Assembly (NCBI GenBank): GCA_900550625.1
Contig: URSW01000002.1
Span: 1-32,787, forward strand
Source of the DNA: an uncultured Eubacteriales bacterium
GTDB taxonomy: Bacteria > Bacillota > Clostridia > Oscillospirales > CAG-272
Direction: 5' to 3'
DNA: 32,787 nucleotides
Numbering within the stretch: the first letter of the stretch is position 1; each line of letters opens with the position of its first letter. The notes under the pieces were generated by a model that was not told where the DNA came from, ran no database searches, and saw nothing but the letters and a program-made list of their open reading frames with translations. Shown here piece after piece: positions 10,101-18,385 of the stretch. The position numbers were made by a program, and so were the translations under genes.

Positions 10101-11714
10101 TTCGAGAAATTTCGGCAGCACTTCGGAAATCGGCGGTGCATCGGCAACGGTTTCGTCGCTGATTCCCGTAAGCTCGGTTATGTTTTCGGGAATATGCACT
10201 CCGGGATTCACAAGCATATTGAATTCATCTATAAGCTTTCCGGATTTCATGCGGACCGCGCCGATCTCGGTAATCTCGCAGTTAAGCGGAGAAAGACCGG
10301 TCGTTTCTATATCGAAAAATACAAACTCATCGTCAAAGGAAGCGTTGCATTCGCCGTACAGGGCGCGCGCCGTATCGTCAACGAAATATGCTTCGAGTCC
10401 GTAAAGAATCTTTATGTCGGTATCGCTCTTTTTCTTCAGATCCTCCGCTGTCAGCATGGCGATCGGAAAAGCCTGGAGGTTTCCGTGGTCTGTTATGGCT
10501 ACCGCCTTATGTCCGAACGCCGCGGCTGTCTTTACGACCTCATCGGGCTTTGACGTTGCGTCCATCGCCGACATGGAGGTGTGAATATGAAGCTCCACTC
10601 TCTTTTCTTCGGCGTTATCCGAGCGCATCACCCGTTTGACTTCCGCGATATCCGAATAACTTATGTAGCTTTCCCCGTCGAATTTATCCTTTTTGATATC
10701 TCCGTGAAAAGCGTATGCCTTACCCGGCTTAAGAGACGACGTAAGCTCCGCGGCGGCATCGGGATCCATCAGAGTTTTAACGTAGACAGACGCATCCTTG
10801 TCCGTTATTCCGATCGAAATGCTTATTTTCCCGGTCTTTTTTATTTCGCGTGTATTTACCGCAAAAACCTGTCCTACTGCGGAAATATCCTTTTGCCCCG
10901 CGCGAAGCGCGCGGATGGGCAGCAGATTTTCAAATGTAAAGACATCACCCGATACGGTTTTGGGTGCGGAAACATCGAATTTCATTTTGCCGCACTCAAA
11001 GATAAAATCATCGATGCGTCTGCATTCGTCGCTTCCTTCAAAAAGCGACGGAACCCACGGATAAGAAACCGCAGGCGCCTCTTTTGCCTGCTGCTCCGCT
11101 TTGGCGCGTTTTTCTTCTTCTTCGCGCGCTTTTTCGATTGCCGCTCTTTCCTTTGCCGCAAGCTCGTTCTGAATGCGGATCTGCTCTTCTTTAGCCGCTT
11201 CGAATCTGTTGTAAAAATCCTCGTAATCGCTGCGCTTCGAAATTTTTACACCGTAATCTACGGAGAATTCGCTTTTGATTATCGATGAAAAAAGCTTTGC
11301 CGTCTCGGCAAGATCGAGAAGCGATATTCCGCCGTCGCCGAAAGGAAGAAAAATTTCAACCTCGCCGTCGCCGAACGTGGTTTCGTAATGATCGAAAAAG
11401 CCGTTTGTCACGATTCCGATACGCTTTGCCTCCTCGATAACCTCGGGAAGATAATCGGGCGAAAAAAGCTCCGACGGATACTGAGGCAGTATCCGCACAT
11501 TTTTTATACCGATGTCGCTGTACGCCTCAACTATTTTTCTTTCAACGGAGTAAATTACCTTTTTCGGAAATACCTTTTCGAGTTCGACGCGAAATTCATA
11601 GAAGCCTTTTTCCTTATCGCCTCTTTTGCCGTAGCTGCGAACCGACAGAAGAAACTCCCGCTCAGCCGGGTCCGGTTCTATTTTGAACAATTCTGAAAAT
11701 TTTTTAGACGGCAT
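7164..11714 (-). CDS. polC: DNA polymerase III alpha subunit, PolC type (Gram-positive replicase)
   Basis: 1516 aa. PHP motif 'VELHIHTSMSAMDA'. Inserted DEDDh 3'-5' exonuclease ('FVFFDIETTGLSP', 'LVAHNAGFDTSFI', 'HHRASDDAKM'). Zn-finger 'YRCPKCRHSEF...CPECG'. Polymerase core. SD 'GAGGA' lies 6 nt upstream of the ATG. Confidence 0.97.
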   Translation of the reverse strand: MPSKKFSELFKIEPDPAEREFLLSVRSYGKRGDKEKGFYEFRVELEKVFPKKVIYSVERKIVEAYSDIGIKNVRILPQYPSELFSPDYLPEVIEEAKRIGIVTNGFFDHYETTFGDGEVEIFLPFGDGGISLLDLAETAKLFSSIIKSEFSVDYGVKISKRSDYEDFYNRFEAAKEEQIRIQNELAAKERAAIEKAREEEEKRAKAEQQAKEAPAVSYPWVPSLFEGSDECRRIDDFIFECGKMKFDVSAPKTVSGDVFTFENLLPIRALRAGQKDISAVGQVFAVNTREIKKTGKISISIGITDKDASVYVKTLMDPDAAAELTSSLKPGKAYAFHGDIKKDKFDGESYISYSDIAEVKRVMRSDNAEEKRVELHIHTSMSAMDATSKPDEVVKTAAAFGHKAVAITDHGNLQAFPIAMLTAEDLKKKSDTDIKILYGLEAYFVDDTARALYGECNASFDDEFVFFDIETTGLSPLNCEITEIGAVRMKSGKLIDEFNMLVNPGVHIPENITELTGISDETVADAPPISEVLPKFLEFAGNSLLVAHNAGFDTSFIRCAADKLGLRFTNPYLDTVAMSRYVNPNLQKHKLDVLAKYFSLGDFNHHRASDDAKMLSAIFYKMVDKCFDEGIRDLEAMNKAMSEKADPLKLRTYHQIIIVKNQVGLKNLYRLVSDSYLKYFRRHPRIPRTQLEANREGLIIGSACEAGELFTAILENKPEAEIESIAKFYDYLEIQPLSNNRFLVDEGRVADDEGLMALNKRIVDLGHRLGIPVCATCDSHYIDREDALYRNILLAGMKFSDYDRDSRLYFRTTKEMLEEFSYLGEDTAREVVIENPNKIADMVEVVRPIPKGNYPPHIDGAEEELTTKCHSLAREMYGAPLPSVVQERLEKELNSIIKNGFAIMYIIARKLVENSEAAGYQVGSRGSVGSSFAATMAGITKVNPLPPHYRCPKCRHSEFFVKGEIGSGFDLPEKNCPECGTEMIRDGHDIPFETFLGFNGDKTPDIDLNFSGDVQADAHRFTEVLFGKGKAFRAGTLGALADKTAFGYVMKYLEEKHVSVNRAECDRMVSGIAGVKRTTGQHPGGIIVVPAEYDVYDFTPIQHPADDPNSDIITTHFAFTYLHDTILKLDILGHDIPTKYKRLEEYTNTNILDVPMSDSKVYKLFTSTEPLGIKPDALHECKTGTLGLPEMGSRFVRGVLVEANPQTFSDLLQISGLTHGTNVWLGNAEELIKDKICTIADVIATRDDIMLTLIHKYDLEKSIAFKIMEDVRKGRGLKPEYEEMMISKGVPEWYIASCKKIKYMFPKAHAAAYVIDALRLGWYKIYYPVEFYAAYFTAAPDGFEAQTVLGGMDAVRSELEKLKKLGTEMSQKEAANYDALQLVLEYYARGLKFLPIDLYKSHAYKFLPEDGKIRLPFSSLSGLGENAAANIMEARDRCEIVSIDQLKREAKLSKTIVDMLMEQGVLNELNETNQITIFSAKDKRDAEKLAAENAPKESENIEKAEKISDIEQISMF

Positions 11715-11723
11715 GTTTTTTCC

Positions 11724-12797
11724 TCAAATACTGTTCTCTGCGATATCCTTCAATTCAAGAATAAGACGCGGGATTATTTCATTCTCGCGGACTTTTCCGA
11801 CGATCTGTCCTTTTTTGAAAAGCACAGCGTCACCCGCGCCGCCCGCGATCCCGACATCGGCTTCGCGTGCCTCTCCGGGACCGTTCACGGCACATCCCAT
11901 GAGAGCAACCGTTATGTCCTTTCCGTTTGTGTCGAAATTTTTCGCCTCTTCGCGGAATCTTGCGGAAAGTTCGATAAGATTTATCTTCGTCCGTCCGCAT
12001 GTCGGACACGAAACGATATGTAACGATGGCTTTGCAAGACCGAGTGCGCTCAGTATCTCACGTCCCGCTTCAACTTCGCGGACGGGATCGGCGGTAAGCG
12101 ACACGCGGATGGTGTCCCCGATTCCGTCCGAGAGGAGTGAACCGATTCCGACGCAGTTTTTGACAAGTCCCGAATATTCGTCTCCCGCTTCGGTGACCCC
12201 GATATGAAGCGGATGCTCCGACTGAGCCGAAACAATACGGCATGCCTTTATCATATCAGCGGTACGCGAGGATTTAATTGATATAACTATATCCGAAAAG
12301 CCGCAGGATTCGAGCGCTTCAGCCTCTTCAAGCGCACTTTCGGCAAGCGCTTCGGGCGTCGGCGCGGAGTATTTTTCAAGAAAGCGTTTGTCGAGCGAAC
12401 CGCCGTTTACGCCGATTCTGATCGGAACCGAGGAGGCGGCACAGGCGGAAGCGACCTCTTCCACCTTCCACTTTGCACCGATATTTCCCGGGTTTATCCG
12501 TATTTTATCGGCACCTGCGCGCACCGATGCCAAAGCGATCCTATAATCAAAATGGATATCCGCGACGAGCGGAACGGTAAGCCCCGATTTTTTTACATAT
12601 GCAAAAATCCCCGCCGCCTCTTCCGACGGAACGGCGATCCGTACTATATCACATCCCGCATCCGCAAGCTTTTTCACCTGTCCGAGAGTGGAATCAAAAT
12701 CAAGCGTGTCGGTATTTGTCATCGACTGAACCGCAACGGGAAAGTCCGCACCGACGGCGACGTTTCCGATCTGCACCTTTTTTGTTTTTCCGAACAC
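11724..12797 (-). CDS. ispG: 4-hydroxy-3-methylbut-2-en-1-yl diphosphate synthase (MEP pathway)
   Basis: 357 aa with a GTG start and SD 'AAGAGG' 6 nt upstream. Conserved 'VRIAVP', 'IRINPGNIG' and Fe-S Cys motifs 'VSCPTCGRT' and 'GCAVNGPGE'. Confidence 0.95.
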   Translation of the reverse strand: MFGKTKKVQIGNVAVGADFPVAVQSMTNTDTLDFDSTLGQVKKLADAGCDIVRIAVPSEEAAGIFAYVKKSGLTVPLVADIHFDYRIALASVRAGADKIRINPGNIGAKWKVEEVASACAASSVPIRIGVNGGSLDKRFLEKYSAPTPEALAESALEEAEALESCGFSDIVISIKSSRTADMIKACRIVSAQSEHPLHIGVTEAGDEYSGLVKNCVGIGSLLSDGIGDTIRVSLTADPVREVEAGREILSALGLAKPSLHIVSCPTCGRTKINLIELSARFREEAKNFDTNGKDITVALMGCAVNGPGEAREADVGIAGGAGDAVLFKKGQIVGKVRENEIIPRLILELKDIAENSI

Positions 12798-12811
12798 CTT
12801 AAACCTCTTTT

Positions 12812-13891
12812 CTAAAACAGAGAAACAACGTCCTTAAAAGCAATGAGAACCATCAAAATCATCAGGATCACTATTCCCGCGAAATGGATATAACCTTCAA
12901 CATTACGGTTCACGGGCTTTCTTCGGATAAGCTCAATGAACTGAAAAGCAAGTCTGCCGCCGTCAAGTGCGGGAAGCGGAAGAAGGTTCATTATTCCGAG
13001 ATTCATGCTTATGACGACCGCAAGGTAAACAAACTGATATACGCTGCGGCTTGCCGCGTCCGCAAGCATCTGCGTGACCGCAACGGGACCTGAAACCGCC
13101 TTTACTCCGTACCTTCCGGAAATAAGGTCTCCGAGCGATTCCCATATCATCTTTATCGTGGATACGGACTTGAAAAATCCGTGCTTCAGAACGGTGACGG
13201 GGTTTTTCGGCTCCGTATACATACGGAAGTCTCTTATTCCGAAGGTAACGCCCTGATCCTTTATCTTTGTAAAATCGACATTTTCGATCACCATACGTTC
13301 GCCGTCGCGTATAACTGTGATATCGATCGGACGGTAGCCCTGATGGACAATTTCGTAATTTACCTCATCGCCGATATGGACACTTGACTTTCCGACCTTT
13401 ATTATCCTGTCTCCGGCGCAAAGTCCGGCGTTCTCGCTCGAATGATATGAATATTCATCGTCCGAAAGCTCGCCGTAGGCGTTATCAAAATCGCTTTCCG
13501 GTATAAAATCATAAACGACCGTCGACGCAAGACCGGATGAAAAAGCGACAAGGACAGCCATAACAAGTATTCCTGCGACAAGGTTCACAGTCGCACCTGC
13601 CGCTGTGATTATCATCCGCTGCCATACGGGCTTGCGGCAGAATGCGTTTTCGTCTTCGCTGTCCTCATCTTCGCCGACCATACTGACAAATCCGCCGATC
13701 GGAAAAAGCCGCCAAGAGTACACGATCCCGGATTTGGCGGACACCCTTGAAAGTATCTTCGGACCCATTCCGAGCGCAAATTCATTTATTTTAACACCGA
13801 AAAGCCGGGCAAACGCAAAATGCCCCGCTTCATGTATGAATATCAGAACGCCGAAAATAAGAATTGCAAGTAAAATATAAAGTATAAAAAT
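12812..13891 (-). CDS. rseP: RIP (regulated intramembrane proteolysis) site-2 zinc metalloprotease, M50 family (RseP/RasP-like), with PDZ domain
   Basis: The tracked ORF starts at ATG 13768, but the catalytic 'HEAGH' (13820-13834) and TM1 lie in frame upstream of it. The same frame has a TGA stop at 13898-13900 and no ATG/GTG/TTG in between. The best start is ATT 13889-13891, 6 nt after SD 'GGAAGTGA'. PDZ 'GLCAGDRIIKVG'. Second M50 motif 'NLLPLPALDGG'. The exact start is uncertain. Confidence 0.88.
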   Translation of the reverse strand: MFILYILLAILIFGVLIFIHEAGHFAFARLFGVKINEFALGMGPKILSRVSAKSGIVYSWRLFPIGGFVSMVGEDEDSEDENAFCRKPVWQRMIITAAGATVNLVAGILVMAVLVAFSSGLASTVVYDFIPESDFDNAYGELSDDEYSYHSSENAGLCAGDRIIKVGKSSVHIGDEVNYEIVHQGYRPIDITVIRDGERMVIENVDFTKIKDQGVTFGIRDFRMYTEPKNPVTVLKHGFFKSVSTIKMIWESLGDLISGRYGVKAVSGPVAVTQMLADAASRSVYQFVYLAVVISMNLGIMNLLPLPALDGGRLAFQFIELIRRKPVNRNVEGYIHFAGIVILMILMVLIAFKDVVSLF

Positions 13892-13905
13892 CGGAACTCA
13901 CTTCC

Positions 13906-15081
13906 CTACATATTTTTTATTATTTCGTAGCATACTTCGTCGGCTTCGCGGCGAGCTTCATATATCGATTCCTCCGAGATGCCGTAAATCTTCACTTTAT
14001 CAAGCGCTGCAAATACCGCGCGCGAAATGTCGCCGAATCCGATATTTCCGGCTATAAATTCGCCCACCGCCCGTTCGTCAGCCGCGATCAGCGAACAAAG
14101 CGCGGTTCCGCCCATTTTGTACGCCTCTCTTCCGGCGTTCAGAAGAGGAAATGCCTTTTCGTCGGGACGGTCGAAAGTTAGCGTTCCGACAGAGGCGAAA
14201 TCAAGCCCGGCAGAGCGCACCTCGGCGCGCCCGGGAAAGGTAAGCGCGTATCTGACCGCGGAACGCATATCCGGCAATCCGAGCTGCGCTATCACGGTAT
14301 TATCAATATATTCCACCATCGAGTGAATTATACTCTGACGGTGGATAACGACTTCGATCCGCTCGGGCTCAACGCCGAAAAGACGAACCGCTTCGATGAT
14401 TTCAAATCCTTTATTCATAAGTGTGGCGCTGTCTACGGTTATCTTCGGTCCCATTTTCCATGTGGGATGTGCAAGCGCCCTTTCGGGAGTAACCTTTTCA
14501 AGCTCGTCGGAGGTCATCCCGAAGAAAGGTCCGCCGGATGCGGTCAGAATTATTTTTAACACATTTTCGGCAAGTGAAGAACCTTCACGGCGATTTTCGG
14601 CAAGACACTGAAAAACGGCACTGTGTTCGCTGTCTACGGGCACAAGCTCTCCGCCGCTTTTTCTGATATTGTCGAAAATCATCTCTCCGGCGCAGATTAC
14701 CGCTTCCTTATTCGCCATCGCCAAACGTGTGGGTGTCCGGGAAGCTTTCAGTGCCGAAGCAAGTCCCGCAAGTCCCGCAATAGCGTGAACGGTAACGTCT
14801 GCGCAATGTGCTTCAAGTGCATCGGACATTTGCTCTTCGCCGAAAATGACCTTTGTTGTGCAATTGCCTATCATCTTTTCAAGCTCGCGCGCCGTATCGC
14901 AGTCCGCCACACAGGCGATCTCGGGAGAAAATTCTTTTATTTGCTCAGCTATGAGTTTTATGTTTTTATGACCGGTAATCATAACGACATCGAGCCCGAG
15001 CTCCTTTATAACGTCAAGAGCCTGCGTTCCTACGGAGCCCGTCGAGCCGAGCACGCTTACAGTTTTGACGGATTTATTCAT
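13906..15081 (-). CDS. dxr: 1-deoxy-D-xylulose 5-phosphate reductoisomerase
   Basis: 391 aa. NADPH-binding 'VLGSTGSVGTQALDV'. Also 'ANKEA', 'VDSEHSA' and 'HPTWKMGPKITVDSATLMNKGFE'. Confidence 0.95.
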   Translation of the reverse strand: MNKSVKTVSVLGSTGSVGTQALDVIKELGLDVVMITGHKNIKLIAEQIKEFSPEIACVADCDTARELEKMIGNCTTKVIFGEEQMSDALEAHCADVTVHAIAGLAGLASALKASRTPTRLAMANKEAVICAGEMIFDNIRKSGGELVPVDSEHSAVFQCLAENRREGSSLAENVLKIILTASGGPFFGMTSDELEKVTPERALAHPTWKMGPKITVDSATLMNKGFEIIEAVRLFGVEPERIEVVIHRQSIIHSMVEYIDNTVIAQLGLPDMRSAVRYALTFPGRAEVRSAGLDFASVGTLTFDRPDEKAFPLLNAGREAYKMGGTALCSLIAADERAVGEFIAGNIGFGDISRAVFAALDKVKIYGISEESIYEARREADEVCYEIIKNM

Positions 15082-15083
15082 TT

Positions 15084-15926
15084 TCAGCCTGCCAATGCTA
15101 CAAATTCGGGGAACAGCGTTAGAATAAGTATTATCGGTGATGTTGCGAGAACGCTGTCAAAGCGGTCAAGAACTCCGCCGTGTCCCGGAAAGATTTTTCC
15201 GTAATCCTTTATTCCGTATTTTCTTTTGATAACGGAGGCGATAAGGTCTCCGAGCTGCGATATTACCGAAACGATAATTCCGACAGCAAACATCCTGAGT
15301 ACAAGAATTATGCCGACTTTATTTCCGATCAAAGAGGCGGTCACCGCGCCGAACGCCGAGCACGAAAGACCGCAGAAAAACATCCCGCCGATACTTCCCT
15401 CCACGGTCTTTTTCGGGCTTACCTCGGGGATAAGCTTGTGCTTGCCGAAGAAAACTCCGCAGAAATAAGCGAATACATCCGAAATAAGAGGCATGAAGAT
15501 AGCTATAAGTATCAGGTATTCTCCGAATTCGCGCGAACGGAGAAGTATGATCGATGTAAAGGCGAGAACTATATAAAATGTGGTCGCAAATGTTGCAAAC
15601 ACATCGTCAACGGGGACTTTTCCCTTTGAAAAAACGGAAAACGCGAACAGCAGAAGCAAATATAAAAATGCTCCCGAAACAAGAAAGCTCACATACTCGC
15701 TCTCGTTTGTGACAATTTTCGCCAACAAGGTAGCAAGAAGCGAAAACAAGAGCGAAAGAACCGTTATCCTCTTCTCTTTTCGTACTCCTATGCATCCGAG
15801 CATCTCAAAAACCCCGATTGCCGACAGGAAGGTAAACAGTACCGCAAATACCGGAGTATCGGAAAAACGGCAAACCGTAAGGAGCACCGCAGCTATAACG
15901 ATCCCGGTAATAATTCTCTTTTTCAT
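15084..15926 (-). CDS. cdsA: Phosphatidate cytidylyltransferase (CDP-diglyceride synthase)
   Basis: 280-aa polytopic membrane protein. C-terminal CdsA signature 'SVIKRKYGIKDYGKIFPGHGGVLDRFDS'. SD 'AGAGGA' upstream. Confidence 0.9.
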   Translation of the reverse strand: MKKRIITGIVIAAVLLTVCRFSDTPVFAVLFTFLSAIGVFEMLGCIGVRKEKRITVLSLLFSLLATLLAKIVTNESEYVSFLVSGAFLYLLLLFAFSVFSKGKVPVDDVFATFATTFYIVLAFTSIILLRSREFGEYLILIAIFMPLISDVFAYFCGVFFGKHKLIPEVSPKKTVEGSIGGMFFCGLSCSAFGAVTASLIGNKVGIILVLRMFAVGIIVSVISQLGDLIASVIKRKYGIKDYGKIFPGHGGVLDRFDSVLATSPIILILTLFPEFVALAG

Positions 15927-16000
15927 ATCAAAAATCCTCTGTCTCTAATACTCAAAGACTGCCTTTCATTACGCTCATCTGCCGATCGCGCGGCGGATCA

Positions 16001-16744
16001 TCAGCTTTTCGGAGCCGCTCCGAAATTTCTTTTCCGCTTGGAAAAGTCAACGATAGCTTTCGCAACTTCGTTTCTGTCAAAGTCGGGCCAAAGGGTATCG
16101 GTAACATATATTTCGGAATACGCAGCCTGCCAAAGCAGAAAGTTCGACAGGCGGAATTCCCCTGCGCTGCGTACGATCAGATCCGGGTCCGGGCAGTGTG
16201 CCGTATAAAGTGCCGACGAAATATCGTCCTCGGTCACGGATTTTTTGCCTTCGGCGATCAGGCGGTTAACTGCATTTGTAATCTCCGCACGCGAGCCATA
16301 GTTCAACGCGATATTCAGAAGAAGTCTGTTGTTTTCCGTCAGCTTCTCAAGTTCGGTGCAGCGCTTTGCAAATTTCTCGCCGAGAGCGTTTTTATCTCCG
16401 AGAAATCGATATTTCGCGTTATTCTTTTTATCGTCTCGCACCGCTTCCGAAATATTTGATTCAAGAAGATCCATTATTGCGTTGATCTCACGTTCGGGTC
16501 TTTTCCAATTTTCCGTGGAAAAAGCATACACGGTGAGCGTTTCTATGCCGAAATCGTCGCATATATGTACCACATTCTTGAAAGCGGCAGCACCCTTCAC
16601 ATGCCCCGCTTCACGCGGGAGAGAGCGTGAGGTCGCCCAACGTCCGTTTCCGTCCATTATAAACGCAATGTGGCGAAGCGACGAGTCCTTGACCAATTTT
16701 CTTATGTCTTCATCGGAGTAATGAATCTTTTTTTTCCCGAACAT
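16001..16744 (-). CDS. uppS: Isoprenyl transferase / undecaprenyl diphosphate synthase
   Basis: Signature 'HIAFIMDGNGRWA', plus 'TVYAFSTENWKRP' and 'RSAGEFRLSNFLLWQAAYSEIY'. I prefer ATG 16744 (SD 'GGGAG' 7 nt upstream) over the TTG at 16747 used in the ORF track. Confidence 0.95.
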   Translation of the reverse strand: MFGKKKIHYSDEDIRKLVKDSSLRHIAFIMDGNGRWATSRSLPREAGHVKGAAAFKNVVHICDDFGIETLTVYAFSTENWKRPEREINAIMDLLESNISEAVRDDKKNNAKYRFLGDKNALGEKFAKRCTELEKLTENNRLLLNIALNYGSRAEITNAVNRLIAEGKKSVTEDDISSALYTAHCPDPDLIVRSAGEFRLSNFLLWQAAYSEIYVTDTLWPDFDRNEVAKAIVDFSKRKRNFGAAPKS

Positions 16745-16789
16745 CAAAAAACTCCCAAAAGCGTATTTATGTAAGCCGAAACATATTCC

Positions 16790-16820
16790 AAACGCCCCGG
16801 CATACCGCGCCGAGGCGTTT
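16790..16820 (-). terminator. Hairpin between frr and uppS (weak terminator or attenuator candidate)
   Basis: 11-bp arms 16790-16800 and 16810-16820, with one G-U pair and a 9-nt loop. The following U-tract on the minus strand is poor ('uuuGGAAUAUGUUU'), so it is at most a partial terminator. Confidence 0.35.
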
Positions 16821-16844
16821 GTCGGTGCAAACCGAAAGCATCCG

Positions 16845-17399
16845 TCAGATAGACATTATTTCCTTGTTTTTGTCTTCGGTTATTGCGTCGATCTCTTTGA
16901 TATACTTATCGGTAAGATCCTGAATGCGCTTTTCGGACTGCTTGATTTCGTCCTCGTTCATCTCGCCGCTCTTCTTCATTTCCTTGCATTTGTCATTTGC
17001 TTCACGGCGGATGTTGCGCACCGCGACCTTCGCCTCTTCGCCGTGCTTTGCGATCTGCTTGATGATCTCGCGGCGGCGTTCTTCCGTGAGTTGCGGGAAC
17101 GTAAGTCTGATTATCTTGCCGTCGTTCTGAGGAGTAATGCCCACGTCGGAAGCAAGAATTGCCTTTTCGATATTTTTAAGAGTCGATGCGTCCCAAGGCT
17201 GTATCACAAGGGTTCTCGCATCGGAAGCCTTCACTTCCGCGACCTGATTTATCGGAGTCGCCACTCCGTAGTAATCGACGGTGACCTTCGAAAGCACCGA
17301 AGCGTTCGCGCGTCCGGCACGGATCGTGGCAAGATTCTCGGAATAAGCCGCGATGCTCTTCTGCATTTTAGCCTCTGTAGGTTTGGTATCAAAATTCAT
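16845..17399 (-). CDS. frr: Ribosome recycling factor
   Basis: 184 aa, typical RRF throughout ('TIRAGRANASVLSKVTVDYYG', 'EERRREIIKQIAKHGEEAKVAVRNIRR'). SD 'AAAGGAAG' upstream. Confidence 0.95.
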   Translation of the reverse strand: MNFDTKPTEAKMQKSIAAYSENLATIRAGRANASVLSKVTVDYYGVATPINQVAEVKASDARTLVIQPWDASTLKNIEKAILASDVGITPQNDGKIIRLTFPQLTEERRREIIKQIAKHGEEAKVAVRNIRREANDKCKEMKKSGEMNEDEIKQSEKRIQDLTDKYIKEIDAITEDKNKEIMSI

Positions 17400-17416
17400 T
17401 TTCTCATCTTCCTTTC

Positions 17417-18133
17417 TTAATCTACGATTGTTCCTATTTTTTCGCCCATTATGACTCTGTATATGTTCTCGGAATCGTCAAGTCCGAATATATGAAGCTT
17501 CATGTGGTTATCCATCGCAAAGGAAGCGGCACATGTGTCGATTGCCGAGAGATGATTTTTGAGGATATAGTCGTAATCAACCTCGGACAGCTTTTTCGCA
17601 TCGGGATTCTTGCGCGGATCGTCGGTATAAATTGCATCTATATTCTTCGCCATAAGTACCACGTCCGCACCGATCTCCGCACCGCGCAGAACAGCGGCGG
17701 TATCGGTGGAGAAGAACGGATTTCCCATTCCGCATCCGAAAATCGTCACCTTGCCCCGGTTAAGATGAGAAACTGCTTTGTTTCTCGAATAGAATTCCGC
17801 AAATGCCTCTATCGGTACGGCTGTCATGACACGCGCATCAATATCTGCACGCTCGAAGGCATCCTGAATCGCAAGCGAATTAATAACCGTCGCAAGCATT
17901 CCCATGTGATCCGCACGGGTGTGCTCCATCGTTCCGCCCTGACGTCCGCGCCATATATTTCCGGCACCGACTACAATTCCGAACTGTACGCCTTTGTCCA
18001 TGCAGCGCTTAATGACCTCGACTATCTCATCGAGATACTCATGATTAAGGATTCCGTCTGCTCCCGCCGAAAGCGCCTCTCCCGAAAGCTTAAGTAATAC
18101 CCGTTTATATACGGGCGTGTCGCTGTGGCTCAT
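17417..18133 (-). CDS. pyrH: UMP kinase
   Basis: Motifs 'YKRVLLKLSGEAL', 'VVGAGNIWRG' and 'TIFGCGMGNPFFSTDTAA'. I prefer ATG 18133 (SD 'GAGG' 6 nt upstream) over the TTG at 18139 in the track. Confidence 0.95.
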   Translation of the reverse strand: MSHSDTPVYKRVLLKLSGEALSAGADGILNHEYLDEIVEVIKRCMDKGVQFGIVVGAGNIWRGRQGGTMEHTRADHMGMLATVINSLAIQDAFERADIDARVMTAVPIEAFAEFYSRNKAVSHLNRGKVTIFGCGMGNPFFSTDTAAVLRGAEIGADVVLMAKNIDAIYTDDPRKNPDAKKLSEVDYDYILKNHLSAIDTCAASFAMDNHMKLHIFGLDDSENIYRVIMGEKIGTIVD

Positions 18134-18172
18134 AATCAACCTCGCATCCGTTTATTTGTTTTGCTCCCCTAT

Positions 18173-18201
18173 ATTTTACACGAAAACAGTGTATTTGTAA
18201 A
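18173..18201 (-). promoter_or_regulatory. Sigma-A-type promoter candidate for the pyrH-to-polC cluster
   Basis: Minus strand reads 'TTTACA'-17 nt-'TAAAAT', about 35-40 nt upstream of the pyrH ATG. Confidence 0.45.
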
Positions 18202-18295
18202 TATCTATTTGAATATTTCCGATAAAAAAGAAGAGGCGATGTCCGAAAAGCCGACAAATAAAAAAAGAGAGCGTGAAATAATGTCTTGTGTGAAC

Positions 18296-18350
18296 TAATA
18301 AAAATCCGCCGATCAAACGGAAAAACTGCTTGATCGGCGGATTTTTAAGG
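18296..18350 (-). terminator. Rho-independent terminator after the DUF1080 gene (symmetric, bidirectional in shape)
   Basis: Perfect 16-bp arms 18301-18316 'aaaatccgccgatcaa' and 18330-18345 'ttgatcggcggatttt'. T-runs follow in both orientations. Confidence 0.7.
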
Positions 18351-18385
18351 AACATAATTTATTTCAGGCTGATGCGCACCCGTGC

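Noticed and set aside
7125-11288. Very long plus-strand ORFs (635, 379 and 235 aa, plus several smaller ones) overlapping polC in antisense
   Set aside because: polC is unambiguous on the minus strand. The antisense translations are R/F/I/L-rich, have no recognisable motifs or SD-start contexts, and tile the gene end to end. This is the expected artefact when the sense strand avoids TTA, CTA and TCA codons, so the complementary frame has few stops.
18239-18298. 19-codon plus-strand miniORF ('MSEKPTNKKREREIMSCVN') ending just before the bidirectional terminator
   Set aside because: The only SD-like element (GAAGAGG) ends 2 nt from the ATG, which is too close. I found no plus-strand promoter upstream. 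The region is better explained as the pyrH promoter and upstream region.
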